A stretch of 64,000 nt of DNA from an uncultured Rivularia sp. GTDB taxonomy: Bacteria; Cyanobacteriota; Cyanobacteriia; Cyanobacteriales; Nostocaceae. This document shows positions 21,366 through 32,550 of the stretch, one piece after another. The position numbers and the translations under genes are program-made. Numbering within the stretch: the stretch's first letter is position 1; each line of letters starts with the position of its first letter. The DNA lies in contig OY762007.1 of the NCBI GenBank assembly GCA_963665115.1, positions 7,296,001-7,360,000 on the forward strand, in the 5' to 3' direction. The notes below the pieces were generated by a model. That model was given only the letters and a program-made list of their open reading frames with translations. It was not told where the DNA came from and searched no databases.

Positions 21366-22367
21366 TTATCGTTCGAGAATTTTCCTAACTTGCTCTTCAA
21401 TATTCTCTGATGTGGTTTTAATTAAAGTGTATGTGACTGTTAAATCCATTTTTTCGCCTACTTGCAAAGTTTTTAGGGGACTGAGGAATTCCAATTCAAC
21501 GTAAGCTTTTGGATCGTAATTGGTATAAATTTCAGCGCTACTATTATTGTCGGGATAATTTTCTTTATCTATTCTTGGTGAATCCATGCGAACTGCAACT
21601 GTTTCACCAACCCATAATAATGTACTCGCATCGCTGCCGATTTTATGGGCTTTATTGCGATCGCGCTTCAAGGATAAAATGCCGTTGTCTATTTTCAAGT
21701 TAGCTGGTAACTCATCCGATTGCTTGTTATAACCTTGAGGAAAAATCGAATTTTGGGGTATTGCTGCGTAAACTGAAACTGGTTCGTTGAACTGTGTAAT
21801 CGTCCAAACCGAGACTTCTTGTGAATCACCTTTGACTTTTTCAAAAGTTGTAGTGACTTTCATTATCGGTTGATTTGGTTCGAGTGTAATTTGACGGTAA
21901 AATCTAATTCCGTAAAAAGGATCGATTTCAGAAATTAACGTAACCTGGTTATTTTCGAGTTTAGCTTTAATTGGTACGGAATCAAATGTAGTCGGTGGTG
22001 GCCAACTCCTAATTGTAATGTCTTCCCATTTCGATTGGGGTGCTGGCCAAGTTTTATCACCACCGAAGTTATTCCATTCTTCAGATTTGAGATTTGGTGT
22101 TTTACCGTATAGCTGCGAATCTCCCCAAAATGTATTTTCTCCACCTTCAAAACGAAATTGCATTATTCTGCCAATTTCTGGAACTATAATTGTTTCTACT
22201 TGGGAGTTACTCAAAATATAAGAATCTTCCCAACCTTGGTAATTTATTTTTTTGATTGTAATTTTTTCTGGCATATTTGTGTTGATGATTAGATAGCAAA
22301 CCGTTATCAAAAATAATCCCAAACAAAATAATACTAAGTGTTGAAGCTTAATATAGCTGAGATTCAT
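21366..22367 (-). CDS. DUF4380-like protein (galactose-mutarotase-like fold), membrane-anchored
   Basis: IVPEIGRIMQF, NFGGDKTWPAPQ, YVELEFLSP. Confidence 0.7.
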   Translation of the reverse strand: MNLSYIKLQHLVLFCLGLFLITVCYLIINTNMPEKITIKKINYQGWEDSYILSNSQVETIIVPEIGRIMQFRFEGGENTFWGDSQLYGKTPNLKSEEWNNFGGDKTWPAPQSKWEDITIRSWPPPTTFDSVPIKAKLENNQVTLISEIDPFYGIRFYRQITLEPNQPIMKVTTTFEKVKGDSQEVSVWTITQFNEPVSVYAAIPQNSIFPQGYNKQSDELPANLKIDNGILSLKRDRNKAHKIGSDASTLLWVGETVAVRMDSPRIDKENYPDNNSSAEIYTNYDPKAYVELEFLSPLKTLQVGEKMDLTVTYTLIKTTSENIEEQVRKILER

Positions 22368-22590
22368 TTTTTTATTTGATTTAATTTAAATTGAAACATA
22401 TAATTGATTTATAGGTATTGCAATTATTGATTATTTATAGGCATTTTTTTAGTAATTAAAATCACGCAAAAATTGCAAAATCAGTATTTTTATTCAAAGA
22501 AAGCCGCTGTTATATCAATCAAGCTTGTCAGAAAATGAACATAGCTATTAAGTATATAACTTAAAAACTTTTATATCAAAGCAACGCCGA

Positions 22591-23550
22591 TTATTGATTA
22601 ATTTCTTTCCCTTCTTTTCCACTTCCTGGCTGTATTCCGACAACATTCAAGGGAATTCGGTAAACGCTATTACCTGCTGTAATATAAAGTGTTTTATAGT
22701 CTTTATTACCCCAAGCTAAGTTTGTCGCTTTTTCAGGAACGTTAATTTTGTCGAGAAGTTTACCTGTTGGAGAAAAAATCCACACTCCTCCTGAACCAGT
22801 ACAGTAGATATTACCTTTACTATCCACTTTCATGCCGTCGGGTACACCTTTATCTGTAGATCCAGCTAATTCTGCAAATACTCTACCTTTACTTAAAGTC
22901 CCATCTGGTTTAACATCAAAAACCTGGATATGTAATTTTTCCGAATCACTTACATATAACTTCTTTTCATCGGGAGAAAAAGCAATTCCATTTGGACGTA
23001 CCATTTCTTTGTTTAATAAAGTTAGATTGCCATTTTCTTGCCAACGATAAATACCATAAAATCCTAATTCTTCCTCTTCCTTCTTGATTCCATAAGGCGG
23101 ATCGGTAAAATAAATACTACCATCCGATTTTACTACAACATCATTAGGACTATTGAGACGTTTATTCTGATAACGTTCTGCTAAAACAGTGACTTTACCA
23201 TTTTTTTCAGTACGTGTCAGTTTGCGGTTATGTTGAGCAGTAATTAACCGATTTTCTCTATCCAAAGTATTACCATTGGGATTTCCAGCAGGGCGACGAA
23301 ATACCGTAAGTTTGCCGTCAGTTGTCCATTTATAAAGTGTATTTGCTGGGATATCGCTGAAAAGTAAAAAGTCGTCGGGATGCCAAAGAGAACCTTCTGT
23401 AAACTTTAATCCACCGAATAACTTTTCTAATGCGGTATTATCATCGACAATATCTGATGTTTTAGCATTCGTATTCCCGCAGCTTTGCTGTAAAGTTAAT
23501 AAGCCTAGTAGTAAACTGTATGTAGCTATTCGGAAAGTATTTTCAATCAT
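22591..23550 (-). CDS. SMP-30/gluconolactonase family protein with signal peptide
   Basis: FTEG, LNSPNDVV, FTDPPYG, PNGIAFSPD, PDGMKVD. Confidence 0.92.
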   Translation of the reverse strand: MIENTFRIATYSLLLGLLTLQQSCGNTNAKTSDIVDDNTALEKLFGGLKFTEGSLWHPDDFLLFSDIPANTLYKWTTDGKLTVFRRPAGNPNGNTLDRENRLITAQHNRKLTRTEKNGKVTVLAERYQNKRLNSPNDVVVKSDGSIYFTDPPYGIKKEEEELGFYGIYRWQENGNLTLLNKEMVRPNGIAFSPDEKKLYVSDSEKLHIQVFDVKPDGTLSKGRVFAELAGSTDKGVPDGMKVDSKGNIYCTGSGGVWIFSPTGKLLDKINVPEKATNLAWGNKDYKTLYITAGNSVYRIPLNVVGIQPGSGKEGKEINQ

Positions 23551-23755
23551 TTTTTCTAAATATTCTTGCAAAATTAATTTAACATTTCGTTTGCATTCCC
23601 TTCTACCCAATGCCCAATTCCCCAATTTTCGACAAACGTAAAATATTAAACTATTCCTATATATCCTTAATTTTGCCAGTTCATAAGTGATAAATAGGAT
23701 GTATGGTGTATTTAACAAAAATACATAATAAAAAAAATTAGCTGAGATTAAAATC

Positions 23756-24967
23756 GTGATGGGAGCAGGATTACAAATTAATTGGGTTGTGGCAACGTAT
23801 GCTTGCTTGCAGTTTGTCGCTTGGGGATTTCTCTCAGTTTTGATTGCTGAGGTAGTTAGGGATAGCTATCATGCTGCTTGTCATCACGTGAAATGGCTGG
23901 CTAAATGGCATAACAAGCACCATCAGGTATACAAGCGTGATTTATCGATAATTTCTCTGGAAACTTATAAGGATTCTCAGCTTTATCACGATATTGTTGA
24001 ATCGATATTGTTGCTAGTTATAATTAGCGCGATCGCAATTATTTTTCGTCCGATGGGTTTATGGTTGGGTGTGCTTTACGCTGCGACTTTTCTTTATGGA
24101 GCGTCATTAAGATATTTCTTAGGTAGAGTTGAAACTGACTACACCCATAAGCCGGGAGCATTAGAAGTTATTCCTTCGGTGTGGTGGGTAAATCGTACTT
24201 ACCATTGGCGACACCATTTTGATGATGTAAATGCTTATTATAGTGGTGTATTTCCTTTGGTGGATAAAATTTTGGGAACTGCACTTTCTGTAAAAGGTAA
24301 AACTGTTGCGATAACGGGAGCATCCGGTAGTTTGGGACAAGCTTTAACAACCGAACTTATTGCTAAGAATGCCAAAGTTGTTGCGTTAACAACTAATCCC
24401 GAAAAAATTGCCGAACAACCTAGATTAAGTACCGTAGCTTGGGAATCGGGGAAAGAATTAGAATTATTAGAGTATTTACAAAAAGTTGATATTTTAATTA
24501 TTAACCACGGAATAAATGTTTACGGTAGCCGCACGTCGGAAGATATTGATAAATCCTTTGAAGTAAATGCATTTTCAGCAGTGAGATTAATGGACGTGTT
24601 TTTCTCCACCGTGACGGGTGCTGATGCCAAAGCCACAAAAGAGATTTGGATTAATACTTCAGAAGCCGAAGTATCCCCAGCTTTAAGCCCGTTGTATGAA
24701 TTGAGTAAAAGAACTTTGGGGAATATTATTACCTTAAAAAGATTGGATTCCCCTTGTACAATTCGTAAATTAATATTGGGGCCATTTAAAAGTCAACTGA
24801 ATCCTTACGGAGTGATGTCAGCGCGGCAAGTTGCGAAAGGGATTGTGTTTTTAGCGCGTCGGGATTTTCGGAATATTATCGTTACTGTTAATCCTTTGAC
24901 TTATATATTCTTTCCGATTAAGGAATTGAGTACCTGGTTGTATTTCGTGGTTTTTAGTAAGAAGTAG
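23756..24967 (+). CDS. mgdE: Sterol desaturase/short-chain dehydrogenase fusion, monoglucosyl-diacylglycerol epimerase-like
   Basis: His boxes HxxHH (WHNKHH, HWRHH) plus an SDR domain (TGASGSLG, NTSEAEV, YELSK). Confidence 0.75.
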   Translation: MMGAGLQINWVVATYACLQFVAWGFLSVLIAEVVRDSYHAACHHVKWLAKWHNKHHQVYKRDLSIISLETYKDSQLYHDIVESILLLVIISAIAIIFRPMGLWLGVLYAATFLYGASLRYFLGRVETDYTHKPGALEVIPSVWWVNRTYHWRHHFDDVNAYYSGVFPLVDKILGTALSVKGKTVAITGASGSLGQALTTELIAKNAKVVALTTNPEKIAEQPRLSTVAWESGKELELLEYLQKVDILIINHGINVYGSRTSEDIDKSFEVNAFSAVRLMDVFFSTVTGADAKATKEIWINTSEAEVSPALSPLYELSKRTLGNIITLKRLDSPCTIRKLILGPFKSQLNPYGVMSARQVAKGIVFLARRDFRNIIVTVNPLTYIFFPIKELSTWLYFVVFSKK

Positions 24968-25252
24968 GGGAATTGGGGATGGGTAATAGGTGATAAAAAA
25001 TGATTTATGCCTAGATTCTAAACAATGTAGTGGGAGCATCAAATCTGTTTCTTTATCTGAAATAGCACTTCTTTTTATCTCTTTTCTCTGCGCTCTCTTT
25101 CTTGAAAAGTTGTTCTCTTCGAGAAAGCCTCCGGCTCACATGGGGAAAACCCAATCAAAAAGGATGAGCTATAAACCCATCCCAAATGTATAAAACTTAT
25201 TGGTATCGCACTAAGCTAAATTCAAAAACTAAAATCAGCTAACTGTTAACTG

Positions 25253-26476
25253 TTAAAAAGTCTGCCAACTAGGTTCATTATCTGGTAAATATTCACCTTC
25301 AGCAATAGTACCGTCCATCTTCCAAATGGCAGTTCCTCCGGTTGTACTATTGCGCCAGAAAATATCAGTTTTACCGTTGCCAGTGTAGTCTCCGAAAGTC
25401 GGTTCCCAACTTAAATCGTTAGAAGGTAAGAAAGCTTTAGTTAAAACATTTCCTCCATTCATTAACCAAGCTGTATTCTCACCAGTTTGGGTGTTGTGCC
25501 AGAAAATATCTGTTTTACCGTCACCGTTGAAATCGCCAGTATTAGCTTGCCAAGCAGAACTTAATTGATCTAAATTTTCTTCATTGAAGATCAAATCGTT
25601 AAATAGAGTACCATTCATTACCCAAACTTCATTCTCTCCGCTGGCTTGATTGCTCCAGAGAATATCGGCGCGAGAATCTCCATTGAAATCGCCAAAAGTA
25701 GGATTCCAACTAGTATCTAATTCTTGCACTGCATAACCATTGGCATTGGTACCATCCATAAACCAAGCAGCATTTTCACCCGTTATGGAATTGCGCCAAA
25801 ACACATCGGTTTTGCCATCGTTATTGAAATCACTGATGTTGTAATCCCAGATTAAATCGGTGGTGGGTAGATAAGCAGCATTGGTAACTTCTTTGCCATC
25901 CATTATCCAAGCAGCATTTTCACCCGTTTGGGTATTACGCCAAAGTATATCGCTTTTGCCATCGCCGTTAAATTCAGCAATACTAAAAGCCCAATTTGAA
26001 TCAATTTTTTGAATTGTTTCTTGGGAACTGATATTAGTACCATCCATCTGCCAGACAACATTTTCTCCGGTAGCTTGATTCCGCCAGAAAATATCAGTTT
26101 TGTTATCGCTATTGAAATCGGCAAAACTAAAATCCCAAGATGCATCAACATCTCTAAGAGTTTCCGCATTTGGATTAACGCCATCCATTAACCAAATTGC
26201 AGTTTCACCAGTTTGGGTATTGCGCCAAAACTTATCAATTTTACCATCACCGTTGAAATCTACTTCAACTGCCGCACCGCTAAATATTTTATTAGGGTTG
26301 GGGTTTCTATTCGCAGTTACAAGCCCATCATCATTTAATAGCGATTGGGAAGCACCAGTTAAAATTAAATCGCTATCGAAAGAGATATTCTGGTCAAAAG
26401 TATTGTTTGAAATGGAAGTGTATGCTGTATCCAAAGCTTTTTCAGATACACCAGGGATATTTTTGGCTGAAAACAT
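25253..26476 (-). CDS. FG-GAP/VCBS repeat beta-propeller protein
   Basis: Seven DFNGDGKxDxxWRN repeats. Confidence 0.9.
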   Translation of the reverse strand: MFSAKNIPGVSEKALDTAYTSISNNTFDQNISFDSDLILTGASQSLLNDDGLVTANRNPNPNKIFSGAAVEVDFNGDGKIDKFWRNTQTGETAIWLMDGVNPNAETLRDVDASWDFSFADFNSDNKTDIFWRNQATGENVVWQMDGTNISSQETIQKIDSNWAFSIAEFNGDGKSDILWRNTQTGENAAWIMDGKEVTNAAYLPTTDLIWDYNISDFNNDGKTDVFWRNSITGENAAWFMDGTNANGYAVQELDTSWNPTFGDFNGDSRADILWSNQASGENEVWVMNGTLFNDLIFNEENLDQLSSAWQANTGDFNGDGKTDIFWHNTQTGENTAWLMNGGNVLTKAFLPSNDLSWEPTFGDYTGNGKTDIFWRNSTTGGTAIWKMDGTIAEGEYLPDNEPSWQTF

Positions 26477-26635
26477 TGTGTTTAATTATCACTAATATTT
26501 ATCAGTTTTAACTGATTTTTTTAATTTTTTTTGTTAAGGGCTAACATATATTTCATACTAAACTGTTGTTTATGATGAACATTTTTTGTATCATTCCTTT
26601 AAGTTATTTAATATCAAGTTAATTAGATTTATTTA

Positions 26636-26721
26636 AGGAGTAGGGAGTAGGGAGTAGAAAGTAGAAAGTAGGGAGTAGAAAGTAGGGAGTAGAAAGTAGG
26701 GAGTAGGGAGTAGAAAGTAGG
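26636..26721. repeat. STRR tract GGGAGTA/GAAAGTA
   Basis: Tandem heptamers. Confidence 0.9.
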
Positions 26722-26778
26722 TAAGAGTTGAATAAATAGCATTAATAAATAAGGTTTTTTAGAAGACACATATTATGA

Positions 26779-26809
26779 GGAACCCGGTTTTTATGAAAAA
26801 CCGGGTTTC
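26779..26809 (-). terminator. Hairpin GAACCCGGTTTTT..AAAAACCGGGTTTC after the upstream FG-GAP gene
   Basis: Long inverted repeat about 30 bp past the stop codon. Confidence 0.5.
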
Positions 26810-26838
26810 TAACTCTTAACTCTTAACTTAACTCTCTA

Positions 26839-28038
26839 CTAGCTAAACACCCATTCAGTAGGTAATACAGGTAACTCTTCTTGAGCAACATCGGTACCGT
26901 CTACTCGTATCAAGATATTTTCACCAGTTTGAGTATTGCGTCCGAAAACGTCTGTATCGCCATCACCATCGTAATCGCCGATGGTTACATCCCATTCAGC
27001 GCCAACTTGGGGGATGTCAACGGGAGTGGCTGTAGCGCCATCCATAATCCAAACGATGTTCTCTCCGGTTGACGTACTGCGCCATAAGATGTCCATTTTG
27101 CCATCAGCATTGAAATCGCCGATATTGGATTCATAACCAGAACCCAAAGTCGGTAAATCAGCAGCAGTCACATTTGAACCGCTCATCAACCAAAGCTTAG
27201 TTTCGCCAGTAGCAGTATTTTCCCAAAGGATGTCGGTAGTAAAGTTACCATCGAAATCACCTTCTTCATACTTCCAGCCAGCGCCAAATGTTTCTAATTG
27301 AGTAGCTTCTGCATTCAAGCCATTCATAAACCAGATAGCGTTTTCACCAGTCTGTTCGTTGTGCCAGAATACGTCGGTACTGAAGTTAGGATTAAACTCA
27401 CCAACAGTATAAGTCCATGATGAATCTAATTGAGGTAGAAAATCAGCACCAGAAACGCTCACACCATCCATCAACCAACCAGCATTTTCACCGGTAGTAT
27501 TATTGCGCCATATTAAATCGGTTTTACTATCGCCATTGAAATCTGCAATGCTGTAATCCCATTCAGTGCCGAGGGTATCTAACATACCTTCAGCAGCAAT
27601 AGTAGTACCATCCATCAACCAGAGAAGATTTTCTCCAGTACTTCCATTGCGCCACATTAAATCGGTTTTAGCATCGCCATTGAAGTCACCAATGCTGTAA
27701 TCCCATTCAGTGCCCATAGTATTGATAACAGCGCCAGTAGGAGCAGCACCATCCATCAACCAAATAGCATTTTCACCCGTTGCGGTATTACGCCACATTT
27801 TATCGTGAATACCATCTCCATTAAAATCAGCAAAAACAGCGGGACTGCTAATATAAGGACTGGGATTAGGATTCTGTTGAGCATTAATATCAGAAGTCAA
27901 AACTTTATTATTTAATGACTGTGAAGAACCACTTAAATTTAGAGTATTTAAATCGTTTTCTGGAGCAAAACTATTATCTTGAATTGACGCAGATTGTAAT
28001 GCGCTCTGACTCTTTAAGGGATTTGTAGATTCCAACAT
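26839..28038 (-). CDS. FG-GAP/VCBS repeat beta-propeller protein, paralog of 25253-26476
   Basis: Seven GDFNGD..D..W repeats; shared N-terminal SQSL..NPNP segment. Confidence 0.9.
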   Translation of the reverse strand: MLESTNPLKSQSALQSASIQDNSFAPENDLNTLNLSGSSQSLNNKVLTSDINAQQNPNPSPYISSPAVFADFNGDGIHDKMWRNTATGENAIWLMDGAAPTGAVINTMGTEWDYSIGDFNGDAKTDLMWRNGSTGENLLWLMDGTTIAAEGMLDTLGTEWDYSIADFNGDSKTDLIWRNNTTGENAGWLMDGVSVSGADFLPQLDSSWTYTVGEFNPNFSTDVFWHNEQTGENAIWFMNGLNAEATQLETFGAGWKYEEGDFDGNFTTDILWENTATGETKLWLMSGSNVTAADLPTLGSGYESNIGDFNADGKMDILWRSTSTGENIVWIMDGATATPVDIPQVGAEWDVTIGDYDGDGDTDVFGRNTQTGENILIRVDGTDVAQEELPVLPTEWVFS

Positions 28039-28237
28039 TGTGTTTATAAATTACCAGCTTTCTTTTAACTTTTATCTCTGTTTTTATAAAGATTCTGTTA
28101 ATTTAGAACATCTAGTCAGTTTCTAAAATGTTGAAAAAAGTATCTTTTTTTATGTAATCATGCTCTAATTACTTTTTCAAAAATTACAACTGTTGTTAGT
28201 TATATTTATGTAATTAGTTTGTGGTAAACAAATTTTA

Positions 28238-28337
28238 TTAGGTAATAGGTAATAGGTAATAGGGAATGGGGAATAGGGAATAGGGAATGGGGAATGGGGA
28301 ATAGGGAATAGGGAATGGGGAATGGGGAATAGGGAAT
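28238..28337. repeat. STRR tract (GGTAATA/GGGAATA/GGGAATG)
   Basis: Tandem heptamers. Confidence 0.9.
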
Positions 28338-28468
28338 ATATTAATAGCGAGCAAGATGTATGTCTTTCAGACACGCTTCGCTAACGCACTAAAAAATATG
28401 CTTATCTTCAGGTAGTAGGAGCGTCTCGCTCCCTACTTGTACCTTTTCATTTTTTATTACTTATAGCA

Positions 28469-29692
28469 TCAACCAATTAATCTTTTACGACTTTGAGAAT
28501 TCTTCCATCTAGCAAAAGGTAATTCAACTAAGTAGTAAGTAACTGTTGCTAATACAGTTGATAAAATCAATGTTGCTGTTAATCTGATATAAAACGCTTC
28601 TATCGGAATTTCTGCGTTAAAAATATCGTAAGTTCTGGTAATGATTGGCATATGCCAAATGTAAATACCGTAAGATAAGTTACCAATTATTTCTAATATT
28701 CTAAAAGGATTGTTTATAATAGCGCGGAATGATAACTTTTCATGTTTGCTGAAATCATTATAAATATCTTTTTCAAAAGCAAATATAAAAAATGAAGTAA
28801 TTATTGCCGTTAATGGTTGTAATATTAATATTGTTGTTAATGTTCTCCAGCCACCGCTACGATTTGGTAAATTCCATAACTCCTGGTGATATAAATGATG
28901 TGCGGAAAATAAATATAATAAAACGATCGACGTTACGGCAAATATTTTCGTAAATAGCGATTTGCTAATATTAAATTTAAATTTGTGATTTTGAATCAAT
29001 CCATTTAATAAAAAACCACAGATAAATAAATCTAAATTGGTAATTAAGGGAGTATACCAATATTTGAATGCATATCCCATTTCTTGTGTAATTTCTGTCT
29101 GAAAACTTATCCAAAGTAAACTTCTTAAAATTAAATTTGCGACAATTATCGAGAAACCAGCAATAAAGACTTTTTTTTGATTCTTTAAACGATTTTGAAT
29201 TAAACTATAAATAAAAGGCACGATTAAATAAAACTGTACCTCTGTTGATAAAGACCAAAATACATCATTGAATTTTACAGCTTCAAAACTAATATAAGGA
29301 TGATAAGTAAACGTACATACTCTTAATAGATAACCCCAATTGGAAAATTTAAGTATTTCTGGATAAACGAATATAGATAAAATTAGGACAGCAAAATAAT
29401 ATAGCGGAAAAATTCTCAAGGCACGATTTCGCCAAAACTTTATAACACCTGCAATATCGGCAGTATAGCGCTTAGTATAGAACGCCTTCCCCATCAAATA
29501 ACCGGATAAAACGAAAAAAATCCAAACAGCTACAGCACCATGACTAAACATCAACCAACTTAGGTCAATGTTGCCGTACATAATTGATTTCCTCGGTGGA
29601 GCACAATGGATTGTAACTACCATTAAACAAGCAAAACCGCGTAGAGCTAACAGTGCATCTAAACGGTTAGATTTATGATTATTAGATTGCAT
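28469..29692 (-). CDS. Acyltransferase-3 family membrane O-acyltransferase
   Basis: LRGFA, FFVLSGYLM, RALRIFPLY, WSLSTEVQFY, SYGIYIWH. Confidence 0.9.
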   Translation of the reverse strand: MQSNNHKSNRLDALLALRGFACLMVVTIHCAPPRKSIMYGNIDLSWLMFSHGAVAVWIFFVLSGYLMGKAFYTKRYTADIAGVIKFWRNRALRIFPLYYFAVLILSIFVYPEILKFSNWGYLLRVCTFTYHPYISFEAVKFNDVFWSLSTEVQFYLIVPFIYSLIQNRLKNQKKVFIAGFSIIVANLILRSLLWISFQTEITQEMGYAFKYWYTPLITNLDLFICGFLLNGLIQNHKFKFNISKSLFTKIFAVTSIVLLYLFSAHHLYHQELWNLPNRSGGWRTLTTILILQPLTAIITSFFIFAFEKDIYNDFSKHEKLSFRAIINNPFRILEIIGNLSYGIYIWHMPIITRTYDIFNAEIPIEAFYIRLTATLILSTVLATVTYYLVELPFARWKNSQSRKRLIG

Positions 29693-30092
29693 TTATTTTG
29701 TTTCAATTTAATTTAATTACAAATGATAAATGCAAGTTGTTTCTACCCTGTTTTATCGACTTGAGTTTAATTGAAATACTAATTTTTAACCGATTTTTTA
29801 ATAAAAAGGTTGCCATGTTGGCAATGGTACTCAAACTTACTACCATTACTAATATAAAAAACCGCAGAGAGCGCGGAGAGCGCGGAGGAAAAAAGTTTCA
29901 TAGAGATAGAAGTATTTATTCGAGCAATCAAAAAATAATTCCGACGGGTTGTAGAGACGTAGCAGTGCTACGTCTCCTTGCAATTTCCGCCACAACGAGC
30001 AAAATTCCTGCACAAAAGCATCCCAGTTGAAATCCAAAATCTAAAATAGTATTACCTTGGTTTAATAGAAACAACGCAATATTCAAAGAACT

Positions 30093-31391
30093 ATGCAAGC
30101 AGAGTATCGGCAGCGACGGGATGCATTAATGTCAAAGATTGGTAATGGTACGGCAATTTTTCGCAGTGCCCCTATGGCGGTGATGCACAATGATGTAGAA
30201 TATGCTTACCGTCAAGATAGCGATTTTTTCTATCTAACTGGTTTAAACGAAGCCGAAGCTGTAGCGGTTTTAGCTCCTCATCACGAAGAACACAAGTTTA
30301 TATTATTTGTCCAACCAAAGGATATTACTAAAGAAGTTTGGAGCGGTTATGTAACTGGGGTTGATGCAGCCAAAGAAAAATATGGTGCTGACGAAGCTTA
30401 CCCTATCAACGAATTAAACGAAAAATTACCCCAATATTTACTCAACGCAGACAAAATCTATTATCGTTTGGGCAGAGATAAACCTTTTAACGAAACTGTT
30501 CTCACCCATTACCAAAGATTATTACGATCTTATCCCAAACGCGGTACCGGTCCCACAGCAATTCAAGATACCTGTACAATTTTACATGGTATGCGCTTAG
30601 TTAAAAGCGAACCTGAGTTAAATAAAATGCGAAAAGCTGCCGATATCGCCGTAGAAGCCCATAATGTAGCACGGGAAATGGCTAAACCGGGAGTTTACGA
30701 ATACGAAATCCAAGCAGAGATGGAGCGTATTTTTAGAAAAAATGGTGCATTAGGGCCAGCATATCCTTCTATTGTCGCATCCGGTGCAAATTCCTGCATT
30801 CTCCACTACATCGAAAACAACCGTCAAATGCAGGATGGAGATTTACTTTTAATTGATGCTGGTTGTTCCTACGATTATTACAACTCCGATATTACCCGCA
30901 CCTTTCCCGTGGGTGGAAAATTCACCGCAGAGCAAAAGATATTGTATGAATTAGTATTATCAGCCCAAAAACAGGCGATCGCACAAGTAAAACCAGGAAA
31001 TGCTTACAGTTCAATTCACGATACAGCATTACGGGTACTTGTGGAAGGAATGGTTGAGCTAGGTATTCTCAAAGGTGAAGTTGATAAATTAATCGAAGAA
31101 GAGAAATACAAACCTTATTATATGCATCGCACCGGGCATTGGTTGGGTTTAGATGTCCACGATGTCGGAGTTTATCAACACGGAAAAGATAACCCCTTGA
31201 TTCTACAACCAGGACAAGTTTTGACAGTAGAACCCGGAATTTACATTGTACCAGGAGCCAAACCCGCAGAAGATCAGCCGCAAGTAGATCAAAAATGGAT
31301 GGGAATCGGTATTCGGATCGAAGATGATGTTTTAGTCACCGAAAGCGGATGTGAAGTGTTAACTGCTGGTGTTGACAAGGAAGTTAGGTAA
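30093..31391 (+). CDS. pepP: Xaa-Pro aminopeptidase
   Basis: YRQDSDFFYLTG, LIDAG, SDITRT, HWLGLDVHD, TVEPG, GIRIEDD. Confidence 0.95.
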   Translation: MQAEYRQRRDALMSKIGNGTAIFRSAPMAVMHNDVEYAYRQDSDFFYLTGLNEAEAVAVLAPHHEEHKFILFVQPKDITKEVWSGYVTGVDAAKEKYGADEAYPINELNEKLPQYLLNADKIYYRLGRDKPFNETVLTHYQRLLRSYPKRGTGPTAIQDTCTILHGMRLVKSEPELNKMRKAADIAVEAHNVAREMAKPGVYEYEIQAEMERIFRKNGALGPAYPSIVASGANSCILHYIENNRQMQDGDLLLIDAGCSYDYYNSDITRTFPVGGKFTAEQKILYELVLSAQKQAIAQVKPGNAYSSIHDTALRVLVEGMVELGILKGEVDKLIEEEKYKPYYMHRTGHWLGLDVHDVGVYQHGKDNPLILQPGQVLTVEPGIYIVPGAKPAEDQPQVDQKWMGIGIRIEDDVLVTESGCEVLTAGVDKEVR

Positions 31392-31534
31392 TCAAAGAGG
31401 GGGTAGAGGGGGACATTATTAAAGTAGGGAGTAGTGAGTTGTAAGTAGTGAGTAGTGAGTAATGAGTAACAAGTAGCGAGTAAAAATAGACGGGCAGAAG
31501 TACAGACATTTATGACAATAATAAAAAAGTTATT

Positions 31535-31805
31535 TACTCCCTACTCCCTACTCCCTACTCCCTACTCCCTACTCCCTACTCCCTACTCCCTACTCTCTAC
31601 TCCCTACTCCCTACTCCCTACTCCCTACTCCCTACTCCCTACTCCCTACTCCCTACTCTCTACTCCCTACTCCCTACTCCCTACTCCCTACTCCCTACTC
31701 CCTACTCCCTACTCCCTACTCCCTACTCCCTACTCCCTACTCCCTACTCCCTACTCCCTACTCCCTACTCCCTACTCCCTACTCCCTACTCCCTACTCCC
31801 TACTC
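31535..31805. repeat. Long STRR (TACTCCC) tract, about 38 units
   Basis: Near-perfect heptamer tandem. Confidence 0.95.
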
Positions 31806-31833
31806 AATACTCCTAACTATTCCCAATCCCCAA

Positions 31834-32409
31834 TTACCAAATTTCTTTCAAATCTAAAACAAACCCTGGTAAAACATCTTCTCCCGAAACAGTTTGCGGC
31901 GATTCTAAAATTTCTACTTCTTGATTTTGACGATAAATTTCTATTTGCTTCTGCTTGCGATTAATTAACCACCCTAAAGAAGCGCCATTTTCCATATATT
32001 CTTTCATTTTGGCTCTGGTTTTATCAAGGGTGTCGCTGGGAGACATTAATTCAACTACAAAATCCGGACATAAGGGAGCAAATCTTTCTTGCTCTTCTTC
32101 CGTCAAAGCATCCCATCTTTCCATTTTCACCCAAGATGCATCCGGGCTACGCTCTGCACCATTAGGAAGTTTGAAGCCAGTAGAAGAATCGAAGCTTTTA
32201 CCCAATTTATTTTTCCGATTCCAACCCGTTAACTGATAATTCAAATCGGAATTTCTGTTACCAGTAATACTTCCCGTTGGTGACATAATAATTAATTCTC
32301 CCGAAGCCGTGCGCTCAAATCTCATGTCTGGGTTATTTTGACAAAGTAGAAAAAACTGCTCGTCAGTTAAGTTGATATTATCAAGGTCTAATTCAAAAGC
32401 AATATTCAT
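31834..32409 (-). CDS. Uma2-family PD-(D/E)XK protein
   Basis: [34 protein letters not shown]. Confidence 0.92.
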   Translation of the reverse strand: MNIAFELDLDNINLTDEQFFLLCQNNPDMRFERTASGELIIMSPTGSITGNRNSDLNYQLTGWNRKNKLGKSFDSSTGFKLPNGAERSPDASWVKMERWDALTEEEQERFAPLCPDFVVELMSPSDTLDKTRAKMKEYMENGASLGWLINRKQKQIEIYRQNQEVEILESPQTVSGEDVLPGFVLDLKEIW

Positions 32410-32550
32410 AATTATTAAATTAGCAGTACGTGATTCTTTTATTTTAGAGATTTCGCAAGGGGGAAAGTTAGGAGGCGCGGAGGCGCGGAGTTAAGAATTA
32501 AAAATTAAAAATTCTACCCCCTCTCCCCCCTCTACCCCCTCTACCCCATC

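Noticed and set aside
29698..30037. ORFs 29698-30030 (+) and 29849-30037 (-)
   Set aside because: They run through repeat elements in the divergent promoter region and have no protein-like features
31512..31964. 150-aa ORF of PYSLLPT repeats
   Set aside because: Translation of an STRR tract; overlaps the Uma2 gene
31834..32409. Uma2 protein as a defence system
   Set aside because: A highly expanded, usually solitary family in cyanobacteria; no partner genes here
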